NCBI GenBank assembly: GCA_951406725.2
Contig: OX597817.1
Coordinates: forward strand, 6,014,001 to 6,078,000
DNA length: 64,000 bases
Source: Octopus vulgaris
Taxonomy: Eukaryota
Direction of reading: 5' to 3'
In this document: positions 26,465-39,800 of the stretch, in pieces
How positions within the stretch are numbered: position 1 is the first letter of the stretch
How the letters are laid out: the number at the start of each line of letters is the position of its first letter
Made by a program: the position numbers and the translations under genes
Notes under the pieces: model-generated
Told to the model about the DNA's origin: nothing
Database searches by the model: none
Seen by the model: the letters and a program-made list of their open reading frames with translations, nothing else

Positions 26465-29400
26465 TTTTACCCGAAAATTTTACCCAAAAATTTTTTGAAA
26501 ATTTTTACCGAAAATTTTACCCAAACATTTTTCGAAAATTCTCACCGAAAATTTTACCCAAAAATATTTCGAAAATTCTCACCGAAAATTTAACCCAAAA
26601 ATTTTTCGAAAATTTTCACAAAAAATTTTTCGAAAATTTTCACCGAATATATTTCGAAAATTTTCACCGAATATTTTCCCCAAAAATTTTTCGAAAATTT
26701 TCACCGAATATTTTAGCAAAAAATTTTTCGAAAATTTTCACCGAAAATTTTCCCCAAAAATTTTTTGAAAATTTTCACTAAAAATTTTTCGAAAATTTTC
26801 CCCAAAAATTTTTCGAAAATTTTACCCAAAAATTTTTCGAAAATTATCACCGAAAATTTTACCCAAAAGTTTTTCGAAAATTTTCACCGAAAATTTTACA
26901 CAAATATTTTTCGAAAATTTTTACCAAAAATTTTCCCCCAATATGTGAGCGTGTGTAGATTTTATATATGTGTATGTATGTGAATGTATATATGTGTGTG
27001 TGTGTGTGCCCGCGCGCGCATATATGCGTGTATGTGTCCGAGTGTTGAATCTTAAAGGCCAGCTAAGGAGAATCATATGTGTAACCAACCATGAAGAACA
27101 AATCACAGAAAAATTTTACCCAAAAATTTTCTTAAAATTTTCACCGAAAATTTTACCCGAATATTTTTCGAAACTTTTTGCCGAAAATTTTGCCCAAAAA
27201 TTTTTCGAAAATTTTACCCAGAAATTTTCACCAACAATTTTTCGAAAATTTTCACCGAATATTTTCACCAAAAACTTTCCCCGAATATGTGATGGTCATC
27301 AAACATTTTCATCTAACATTTTCATCAAACATTTATCATCAAACATTTATCATCAAACATTTTCATCAAATGTTTGATGAAAATGTTTGAGGAAAATATT
27401 TGATGAAAAATGTTTGATGATATATGTTTGAAGATAAATGTTTTATGAAATGTTCGATGATAATCATCGAACATTTTCATAAAACATTTATCTTCAAGCA
27501 TTTATCATCAGACATTTATCATCAAACATTTTCATCAAACATTTATTATGAAACAATTTCATCAAACATTTACATCAAGCATTTTTAATCAAATATTTTC
27601 ATCAAACATTTTCATCAAACATTTATCATCAAACATTTTCATCAAACATTTTCATTTAACATCTTCATCAAACATTTTCATCAGACATTATCATCTCACA
27701 TTTTCATCAAACAGTATCATCGAACATATTCATAAAACATTTATCTTCAAACATTTATCATCAAACATTTATCATCAAACATTTTCATCAAACATTTTTA
27801 TCATGAAACATTTTCATCAAACATTTTCATCAAACATTTATCATCAAACATTCTCCTCAAATATTTTCATCAAAAAATTTCCATCAAACATTTATCATCA
27901 AACATTTTCATCTAACATCTTTATCAAACATTTTCATCAAACATTTTCATCTAACATCTTCATCAAACATTTTCATCAGACATTATCATCGAACATATTC
28001 ATAAAACATTTATCTTCAAACATTTATGATCAAACATTTTCATCTAACATTTTCATCAAACATTTTAATCAAACATTTTAATCAAACAATTTCATCAAAC
28101 ATTTTCATCTAACATTTTTTATCAAACATTTTCATCAAACACTTTCATCAAACATTTTCATCAAACATTTTTCATCATATATTTATCATCAAACATTTTC
28201 ATCAAACATTTTCATCAAACATTTATTATCAAACATTTATCATCAAACATTTTCATCAAACATTTAGCATGAATCATTTTCATCAAATATTTTTCATTAA
28301 ACATTTTCATCAAACAATTATCATCAAACATTTTCATCAGACATTATCATCTCACATTTTCATGAAACATTACCATCAAACAGTATCATCGAACATATTC
28401 ATAAAACATTTATCTTCAAACATTTATCATCAAACATTTATCATCAAACATCTTCATCAAACATTTTTATCATGAAACATTTTCATCAAACATTTTCATC
28501 AAACATTTATCATCAAACATTCTCCTCAAATATTTTCATCAAAAAATTTCCATCAAACAGTATCATCGAACATATTCATAAAACATTTTTTATCAAACAC
28601 TTTCATCAAACATTTATTATCAAACATTTTCATCAAACATTTATCATCAAACATTTTCATCAAACATTTATTATCAAACATTTTCATCAAACATTTATCA
28701 TCAAACATTTTCATCAAACATTTTCATCAAACATTTTTCATGAAACATTTATCATCAAACATTTTTCATCAAACATTTATCATCAAATATTTTCATCAAA
28801 CACTTTCATCAAACATTTTCATCAAACATTTTTCATCATATATTTATCATCAAACATTTTCATCAAACGTTTTCATCAAACATTTATCATGAAACATTTT
28901 CATCAAATATGTTAAATCATCAAACATTTTCATCAAACATTTTCACCAAACTTTTCATCAAACATTTTCATCAAACATTTTCATCAAACATTTTCATCAA
29001 ACATTTTCATCAAACATTTTCATTTAACATCTTCATCAAACATTTTCATCAAACATTTTCATCAAACATTTTCATCAAATATGTTTCATTAAACATTTAT
29101 CACCAAACATTTTCATCAAACATTTTCACCAAACATTTTCATCAAACATTTTCATGAAACATTTTCATCAAATATTTTTCATTAAACATTTTCATCAAAC
29201 AATTATCATCAAACAATTATCATCAAACATTTTCATCAGACATTATCATCTCAGATTTTCATGAAACATTACCATCAAACAGTATCATCGAACATATTCA
29301 TAAAACATTTATCTTCAAACATTTATCAAACATTTATCATCAAACATTTATCATCAAACATTCTCCTCAAATATTTTCATCAAAAAATTTCCATCAAACA

Positions 29401-29781
29401 TTTATCATCAAACATTTTCATCAAACATTTTCATCAAACATTTTTCATCAAACATTTATCATCAAACATTTTCATCAAACACTTTCATCAAACATTTTCA
29501 TCAAACATTTTTCATCATATATTTATCATCAAACATTTTCATCAAACGTTTTCATCAAACATTTATCATGAAACATTTTCATCAAATATGTTTCATTAAA
29601 CATTTATCATCAAACATTTTCACCAAACGTTTTCATCAAACATTTTCATCAAACATTTTCATCAAACATTTTTCATCAAACATTTTCATCAAACATTTTC
29701 ATCAAACATTTTCATCAAACATTTTCATCATAAATTTCTCTGTATATATAGAGTGAATTCTGGTTTACTACTACAGTTAAG

Positions 29782-29895
29782 ATGCCTCACCATCCACGAT
29801 ACACCAGATTCTGCTTTACACTTAACAACTATGACGATGTCGACGTTTATAGACTTCAGCATATGCAGCATATTCTTTATATGGTTTTTCAAAAA
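29782..29895 (+). pseudogene. rep: CRESS-DNA-virus-like Rep N-terminal fragment, type A (38 intact codons)
   Basis: MPHHPRYTRFCFTLNNYDDVDVYRLQHMQHILYMVFQK. It has RCR motif I (xFTLNN) near the start Met and a YxVFQx strand at the usual spacing. It runs into Sat2 before motif II. Confidence 0.72.
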
Positions 29896-30999
29896 TTTTA
29901 CCCGAAAATTTTACCCAAAAATTTTTTTGGAAATTTTCACCGAAATTTTACACCAAAAATTCTTCGAAATTTTCACCGAAAATTTTACCCAAAAATTTTT
30001 TCGAAAATTTTTCCCGAAAATTTTACCCAAAAATTTTTCGAAAATTCTCACCGAAAATTTTACCCAAAAATTTTTCGAAAATTCTCACCGAAAATTTTCA
30101 CCAAAAATTTTTCGAAAATTTTCACCGAAAATTTTACCTAAAAATTTTTCGAAAATTTTCATCGTAAATTTTACCCAAAAATTTTTCGAAAATTTTACAC
30201 AAATATTTTTCGAAAATTTTTGCCCAAAATTTTGCCCAAAAATTTTTCGAAAATTTTACCCAAAACTTTTCATCAACAATTAGTGTGTGTGCCCGCGCGC
30301 GTATATATGAGTGTATGTGTCCGATTATGTGAATCTTAAAGGCCAGCTAAGGAGAATCATGTGTAACCAACCATGAAGAACAAATCAGAAAAATTTTACC
30401 CAAAAATTTTCCTAAAATTTTCACCAAAAATTTTACCCAAAATTTTCACCGAAAATTTTACCCAAATATTTTTTGAAACTTTTTGCCGAAAATTTTACCC
30501 AAAATTTTTCGAAAATTTTCATCAAAAATTTTCCCCCAATATGTGATGGTCATCAAACATTTTCATCTAACATTTTCATCACACATTTTAATCAAACATT
30601 TTCATCAAAAATTTAATCAAACATTTTCATCAAACATTTTTCATCAAACATTTATCATCAAACATTTTCATCAAACATTATCATCGAACATTTTCATAAA
30701 ACATTTATCTTCAAATATTTTCATGAAACATTTATCTTCAAACATATATCATCAAACATTTTTCATCAAATAATTTCCTCAAACATTTATTATCAAACAT
30801 TTTCATCAAACATTTATCATCAAACATTTTCATCAAACATTTTCATCAAACATTTATTATCAAACATTTATCATCAAACATTTTCATCAAACATTTTCAT
30901 CAAACATTTTCAAACATTTTCATCAAACATTTTCAAACATTTTCATCATAAATTTCTGTGTATATATAGCGTGAATTCTGGTTTACTACTACAGTCAAG

Positions 31000-31127
31000 A
31001 TGCCTCACCATCCACGATACACAAGATTCTGCTTTACACTTAACAACTATGACGATGTCGACGTTTATAGACGTTTGATGATAAATGTTTGCATATGCCG
31101 CATATTCGTTATATGGTTTTTCAAAAA
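31000..31127 (+). pseudogene. rep: Rep N-terminal fragment, type B
   Basis: ORF 31000 (motif I) plus ORF 31089 (HMPHIRYMVFQK). Confidence 0.65.
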
Positions 31128-33720
31128 TTTTACCCGAAAATTTTTCGAAAATTCTCACCGAAAATTTTACTCAAAAATTTTTCGAAAATTCAAACCGAAA
31201 ATTTTACCCAAAAGTTTTTCGAAAATTTTCACAAAAAATTTTTCGAAAATTTTCACCGAATATTTTCCCCAAAAATTTTTCAAAAATTTTCACCGAAAAT
31301 TTTCACCGAATATTTTAGCAAAAAATTTTTCGAAAATTTTCACCGAAAATTTTACCCAAAAATTTTTCGAAAATTTTCACTAAAAATTTTTCGAAAATTT
31401 TCCCCAAAAATTTTTCGAAAATTTTACCCAAAAATTTTTCAAAAATTTTCACCGAAACTTTTACCCAAAAGTTTTTCGAAAATTTTCACCGAAAATTTTA
31501 CACAAATATTTTTCGAAAATTTTTACCAAAAATTTTCCCCCAATATGTGAGCGTGTGTAGATTTTATATATGTGTATGTATGTGAATGTATATATGTGTG
31601 TGTGTGTGTGCCCGCGCGCGCATATATGCGTGTATGTGTCCGAGTGTTGAATCTTAAAGGCCATCTAAGGAGAATCATATGTGTAACCAACCATGAAGAA
31701 CAAATCACAGAAAAATTTTACCCAAAAATTTTCTTAAAATTTTCACCGAAAATTTTACCCAGAAATTTTCACCAACAATTTTTCGAAAATTTTCACCGAA
31801 TATTTTCACCAAAAATTTTCCCCCAATATGTGATGGTCATCAAAAATTTTCATCTAACATTTTCATCATACATTTTAATCAAACATTTTCATCAAAAATT
31901 TAATCAAACATTTTCATCAAACATTTTCATCAAACATTTTTCATCAAACATTTTCATCAAACATTTATCATCAAACATTTATCATCAAACATTTTCATCA
32001 AATGTTTGAGGAAAATATTTGAGGAAAATATTTGATGAAAAATGTTTGATATATGTTTGAAGATAAATGTTTTATGAAATGTTCGATGATAATCATCGAA
32101 CATTTTCATAAAACATTTATCTTCAAGCATTTTTCATCAAATATTTTCCTCAAACATTTTCATCAAGCATTTATTATCAAATATTTTCATCAAACATTTA
32201 CATCAAATATTTTCATCAAACATTTTCATCAGACATTATCATCTCACATTTTCATCAATCAGTATCATCGAACATATTCATAAAACATTTATCTTCAAAC
32301 ATTTATCATCAAACATTTATCATCACACATCTTCATCAAACATTTTTATCATGAAACATTTTCATCAAACATTTTCATCAAACATTTATCATCAAACATT
32401 CTCCTGAAATATTTTCATGAAACATTTCCATCAAACAGTATCATCGAACATATTCATAAAACATTTTTTATCAAACACTTTCATCAAACATTTATTATCA
32501 AACATTTTCATCAAACATTTTCATCAAACATTTTCATCAAACTTTTATCATCAAGCATTTTCCTCAAACGTTTTCATCAAACATTTTCATGAAACATTTT
32601 CATGAAATATTTTTCATTAAACATTTTCATCAAACAATTATCATCAAACATTTTCATCAGACGTTATCATCTCAGATTTTCATGAAACATTACCATCAAA
32701 CAGTATCATCGAACATATTCATAAAACATTTATCTTCAAACATTTATCCTCAAACATTTATCATCAAACATTTTCATCAAACATTTTTATCATGAAACAT
32801 TTTCATCAAACATTTTCATCAAACATTTATCATCAAACATTCTCCTCAAATATTTTCATCAAAAAATTTCCATCAAACATTTTTCATCAAACATTTTCAT
32901 CAAACATTTTTCATCAAACATTTATCATCAAACATTTTCATCAAATACTTTCATCAAACATTTTCATCAAACATTTTTCATCATATATTTATCATCAAAC
33001 ATTTTCATCAAACGTTTTCATCAAACATTTATCATGAAACATTTTCATCAAATATTTTTCATTAAACATTTTCATCGAACAATTATCATCAAACATTTTC
33101 ATCAGACATTATCATTTCACATTTTCATGAAACATTACCATCAAACAGTATCATCGAACATGTTCATATAACATTTATCTTCAGACATTTATCATCAAAC
33201 ATTTTCATCTAACATTTATCATGAAACATTTTCATCTAACATTTTCATCAAACGTTTTCATCAAACATTTTTATCATGAAACATTTTCATCAAACATTTT
33301 CATCAAACATTTATCATCAAACATTTATCATGAAACATTTTCATCAAACATTTTCATCAAACATTTATCATCAAACATTTATCATGAAACATTTTCATCA
33401 AACATTTTTATCATGAAACATTTTCATCAAACATTTTCATCAAACATTTATCATCAAACATTCTCCTCAAATATTTTCATCAAAAAATTTCCATCAAACA
33501 TTTATCATCAAACATTTTCATCAAACATTTCATCAAACATTTTTCATCAAACATTTATCATCAAACATTTTCATCAAATACTTTCATCAAACATTTTCAT
33601 CAAACATTTTTCATCATATATTTATCATCAAACATTTTCATCAAACATTTTCATCAAACATTTTCATCATAAATTTCTCTGTATATATAGAGTGAATTCT
33701 GGTTTACTACTACATTTAAG

Positions 33721-33834
33721 ATGCCTCACCATCCACGATACACCAGATTCTGCTTTACACTTAACAACTATGACGATGTCGACGTTTATAGACTTCAGCA
33801 TATGCAGCATATTCTTTATATGGTTTTTCAAAAA
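33721..33834 (+). pseudogene. rep: Rep N-terminal fragment, type A
   Basis: Same 38 aa as 29782-29895. Confidence 0.72.
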
Positions 33835-34957
33835 TTTTACCCGAAAATTTTACCCAAAAATTTTTTGGAAATTTTCACCGAAAATTTACACCAAAAATTC
33901 TTCGAAATTTTCAACGAAAATTTTACCCAAAACTTTTTCGAAAATTTTTCCCGAAAATTTTACCCAAAAATTTTTCCAAAATTCTCACCGAAAATTTTCA
34001 CCAAAAATTTTTCGAAAATTTTCCCTAAAAATTTTTCGAAAACTTTTACCGAAAATTTTACCCAAAAATTTATCGAAAATTTTCATCGTAAATTTTACCC
34101 AAAAATTTTTCGAAAATTTTACACAAATATTTTTCGAAAATTTTTGCCCAAAATTTTGCCCAAAAATTTTTCGAAAATTTTACCCAAAACTTTTCATCAA
34201 CAATTTGTGTGTGTGCTTGCGCGCGTATATATGAGTGTATGTGTCCGATTATGTGAATCTTAAAGGCCAGCTAAGGAGAATCATATGTGTAACCAACCAT
34301 GAAGAACAAATCACAAAAATTTTACCCAAAAATTTTCCTAAAATTTTCACCAAAAATTTTACCCAAAATTTTCACCGAAAATTTTACCCAAATATTTTTT
34401 GAAACTTTTTGCCGAAAATTTTACCCAAAAATTTTTCGAAAATTTTCATCAAAAATTTTCACCCAATATGTGATGGTCATCAAACATTTTCATCTAACAT
34501 TTTCATCACACATTTTAATCAAACATTTTCATCAAACATTTTTCATCAAACATTTATCATCAAACATTTTCATCAAACATTATCATCGAACATTTTCATA
34601 AAACATTTATCTTCAAACATTTATCATCAAACATTTATCTTCAAACATATATCATCAAACATTTTTCATCAAATATTTTCCTCAAACATTTATTATCAAA
34701 CATTTATCATCAAACATTTTTCATCAAATATTTTCCTCAAACATTTATTATCAAACATTTATCATCAAACATTTTCATCAAACATTTTCATCAAACATTT
34801 ATTATCAAACATTTATCATCAAACATTTTCATCAAACATTTTCATCAAACATTTTCATCAAACATTTTCAAACATTTTCATCAAACATTTTCAAACATTT
34901 TCATCATAAATTTCTGTGTATATATAGCGTGAATTCTGGTTTACTACTACAGTCAAG

Positions 34958-35085
34958 ATGCCTCACCATCCACGATACACAAGATTCTGCTTTACACTTA
35001 ACAACTATGACGATGTCGACGTTTATAGACGTTTGATGATAAATGTTTGCATATGCCGCATATTCGTTATATGGTTTTTCAAAAA
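34958..35085 (+). pseudogene. rep: Rep N-terminal fragment, type B
   Basis: ORF 34958 (motif I) plus ORF 35047 (HMPHIRYMVFQK). Confidence 0.65.
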
Positions 35086-36750
35086 TTTTACCCGAAAATT
35101 TTTCAAAAATTCTCACCGAAAATTTTACTCAAAAATTTTTCGAAAATTCTCACCGAAAATTTTACCCAAAAATTTTTAGAAAATTTTCACAAAAAATTTT
35201 CCGAAAATTTTCACCGAATATATTTCGAAAATTTTCACCGAATATTTTCCCCCAAAATTTTTCGAAAATTTTCACTGAAAATTTTCACCGAATATTTTAG
35301 CAAAAAATTTTTCGAAAATTTTCACCGAAAATTTTACACAAATATTTTTCGAAAATTTTTACCAAAAATTTTCCCCTAATATGTGAGCGTGTGTAGATTT
35401 TATATATGTGTATGTATGTGAATGTATATATGTGTGTGTGTGTGTGCCCGCGCGCGCATATATGCGTGTATGTGTCCAAGTGTTGAATCTTAAAGGCCAG
35501 CTAAGGAGAATCATATGTGTAACCAACCATGAAGAACAAATCACAGAAAAATTTTACCCATAAATTTTCTTAAAATTTTCACCGAAAATTTTACCCGAAT
35601 ATTTTTCGAAACTTTTTGCCGAAAATTTTGCCTAAAAATTTTTCGAAAATTTTACCCAGAAATTATCACCAACAATTTTCGAAAATTTTCACCGAATATT
35701 TTCACCAAAAACTTTCCCCCAATATGTGATGGTCATCAAACATTTTCATCTAACATTTTCATCATACATTTTTCATCAAACATTTTAATCAAACATTTAT
35801 CATCAAACATTTATCATCAAACATTTTCATCAAATGTTTGATGAAAATATTTGAGGAAAATATTTGATGAAAAATGTTTGATATATGTTTGAAGATAAAT
35901 GTTTTATGAAATGTTCGATGATAATCATCGAACATTTTCATAAAACATTTATCTTCAAGCATTTATCATCAGACATTTATCATCAAACATTTTCATCAAA
36001 CATTTATTATGAAACAATTTCATCAAACATTCACATCAAGCATTTTTCATCAAATATTTTCCTCAAACATTTTCATCAAACATTTATTATCAAATATTTT
36101 CATCAAACATTTTCATCAAATATTTTCATCAAACATTTTCATCAGACATTATCATCTCACATTTTCATGAAACAGTATCATCGAACATATTCATAAAACA
36201 TTTATTTTCAAACATTAATCATCAAACATTTATCATCAAACATTTTCATCAAACATTTTTATCATGAAACATTTTCATCAAACATTTTCATCAAACATTT
36301 ATCATCAAACATTCTCCTCAAATATTTTCATCAAAAAATTTCCATCAAACATTTATCATCAAACATTTTCATCTAACATCTTTATCAAACATTTTCATCA
36401 AACATTTTCATCTAACATCTTCATCAAACATTTATCTTCAAACATTTATCATCAAACATTTATCATCAAACATTTTTATCATGAAACATTTTCATCAAAC
36501 ATTTTCATCAAACATTTATCATCAAACATTCTCCTTAAATATTTTCATAAAATAATTTCCATCAAACAGTATCATCGAACATATTCATAAAAAATTTTTT
36601 ATCAAACACTTTCATCAAACATTTATTATCAAACATTCTCATCAAACATTTTTCATCAAACATTTATCATCAAACATTTTCATCAAACATTTTCATCAAA
36701 CATTTACCATCAAACATTTTCATCAATTTCTTTCATCAAACATTTTCATC

Positions 36751-36850
36751 NNNNNNNNNNNNNNNNNNNNNNNNNNNNNNNNNNNNNNNNNNNNNNNNNN
36801 NNNNNNNNNNNNNNNNNNNNNNNNNNNNNNNNNNNNNNNNNNNNNNNNNN
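36751..36850. other. Assembly gap (100 N)
   Basis: Run of 100 n characters; the true gap size is unknown. Confidence 1.
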
Positions 36851-39800
36851 TAAACATTTATCATCAAATATTTTCACCAAACGTTTTCATCAAACATTTT
36901 CATCAAACATTTTCATCAAACTTTTATCATCAAGCATTTTCCTCAAACGTTTTCATCAAACATTTTCATGAAACATTTTCATCAAATATTTTTCATCAAA
37001 CATTTTCATCAAACATTTTCATCAAACATTTTCATCAAACATTTTTATCATGAAACATTTTCCTCAAACATTTTCATCATATTTATCATCAAACATTCTC
37101 CTCAAATATTTTCATTAAACATTTTCATCAAACAATTATCATCAAACATTTTCATCAGACATTATCATCTCAGATTTTCATGAAACATTACCACCAAACA
37201 GTATCATCGAACATATTCATAAAACATTTATCTTCAAACATTTATCCTCAAACATTTATCATCAAACATTTTCATCAAACTTTTTTATCATGAAACATTT
37301 TCATCAAACATTTTCATCAAACATTTATCATCAAACATTCTCCTCAAATATTTTCATCAAAAAATTTCCATCAAACATTTATAATCAAACATTTTCATCA
37401 AACATTTTCATCAAACATTTTCATCAAATACTTTCATCAAACATTTTCATCAAACATTTTTCATCATATATTTATCATCAAACATTTTCATCAAAAGTTT
37501 TCATCAAACATTTATCATGAAACATTTTCATCAAATATTTTTCATTAAACATTTTCATCGAACAATTATCATTTCATCAGACATTATCATCTCACATTTT
37601 CATGAAACATTACCATCAAACAGTATCATCGAACATGTTCATATAACATTTATCTTCAGACATTTATCATCAAACATTTTCATCTAACATTTATCATGAA
37701 ACATTTTCATCTAACATTTTCATCAAACGTTTTCATCAAACATTTTTATCATGAAACATTTTCATCAAACATTTATCATCAAACATTCTCCTCAAATATT
37801 TTCATCAAACAAATTTCATCAAACATTTTCATCAAACATTTATCATCAAACATTTTCATCAAACATTTTCATCAAACATTTTTTATCAAACATTTATCAT
37901 CAAACATTTTTATCAAACACTTTCATCAAACATTTTCATCAAACATTTTTCATCATATATTTATCATCAAACATTTTCATCAAACGTTTTCATCAAACAT
38001 TTATCATGAAACATTTTCATCAAACATGTTTCATTTATCATCAAACATTTTCACCAATACGTTTTCATCAAACATTTTCATCAAACATTTTCATCAAACT
38101 TTTATCATCAAACATTTTCATCAAACATTTTTATCAAACATTTTTCATGAAACATTTTCATCAAATATTTTTCATGAAAATCATTTTCATCAAACATTTT
38201 CATCAAACATTTTTATCATGAAACATTTTCATCAAACATTTTTCATCAAACATTTTCATCAAACATTTTCATCAAACATTTTTTATCAAACACTTTTACA
38301 TCAAACATTTATTATCAAACATTTTTCCATCAAACATTTATCATCAAACATTTCATCAACATTTTCATCAGACAATTTTTCATCAAACATTTTCATCAAA
38401 CATTTTCATCAAACATTTCATCAAACATTTTCATCAAACATTTTCATCATATTTTATGAACATTTTCATCAAAACATTTTTCATCAAACATTTTCATCAA
38501 ACATTTTCATCAAACATTTTCATCAACATTTTCAAAACATTTTCATCAACATTTTTCATCAAACATTTATCATGAAATATTTTCACCAAACATTTTCATC
38601 AAACATTTTCATCAAACATTTTTCATCAAACATTTTTATCATCAAGCATTTTCATCAAACATTTTTCACATTTTCATCAGACAAACATTTTCATCAAACA
38701 TTTTCATCAAATATTTTTCATCAAACATTTTCATCAAACATTTTCATCAAACATTTTCATCAAACATTTTTATCATGAAACATTTTCATCAAACATTTTC
38801 ATCGAACATTTATCATCAAACATTCTCCTCAAACATTTTCATCAAACATTTTCATCAAACAATTATCATCAAACATTTTCATCAGACATTATCATCTCAA
38901 ACATTTTCATGAAACATTTTCATCAAACATTTTCATCAAACATATTTTTCATAAAACATTTATCTTCAACATTTATCATCAAACATTTATCATCAAACAT
39001 TTCCATCAAACATTTTTCATCAAACATTTATCATCAAACATTTTTCATCAAACATTTATCATCAAACATTCTCCTCATATATTTTAATAAAAAATTTCCA
39101 TCAAACATTTATAATCAAACATTTTCATCAAACATTTTCATCAAACATTTTTAAACTTTTATCATCAAGCATTTTCATCAAACATTTTCATCAAACATTT
39201 TCATCAAACATTTTTCATCATATATTTATCATCAAACATTTTCATCAAAAGTTTTCATCAAACATTTATCATCAAACATTTTCATCAAATATTTTTCATT
39301 AAACATTTTCATCGAACAATTATCATCAAACATTTTCAAACATTATCATCTCAAACATGAAACATTACCATCAAACAGTATCATCGAACATGTTCATGTA
39401 ACATTTATCAAGACATTTATCATCAAACATTTTCATCTAACATTTATCATGAAACATTTTCATCAAACATTTTCATCAAACGTTTTCATCAAACATTTTT
39501 ATCATGAAACATTTTCATCAAACATTTATCATCAAACATTCTCCTCAAATATTTTCATCAAAAAATTTCCATCAAACATTTATCATCAAACATTTTCATC
39601 AAACATTTTCATCAAACATTTTCATCAAACATTTATCATCAAACATTTTCATCAAACACTTTCATCAAACATTTTCATCAAACATTTTTCATCATATATT
39701 TATCATCAAACATTTTCATCAAACGTTTTCATCAAACATTTATCATGAAACATTTCATCAAACATTTTCATCAACAATTTCATCGACATTTTCATGAAAC

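Larger units (their letters stand above)
25447..35720 (+). repeat. Blocks of a second satellite (Sat2: aaaattttcaccg / aaaattttaccca / aaaatttttcg, ~37-bp trimer)
   Basis: Blocks at about 25447-25866, 26465-27283, 29896-30537, 31128-31824, 33835-34465 and 35086-35720. Each is split by cassette 2 and ends in aatatgtgatggt before Sat1 resumes. Confidence 0.9.

Noticed and set aside
25224-36750. CRISPR-like appearance (repeats with interspersed virus-like inserts)
   Set aside because: The inserts are repeated rather than unique spacers, the repeats are tandem 13-mers, there are no cas genes, and the context is eukaryotic.
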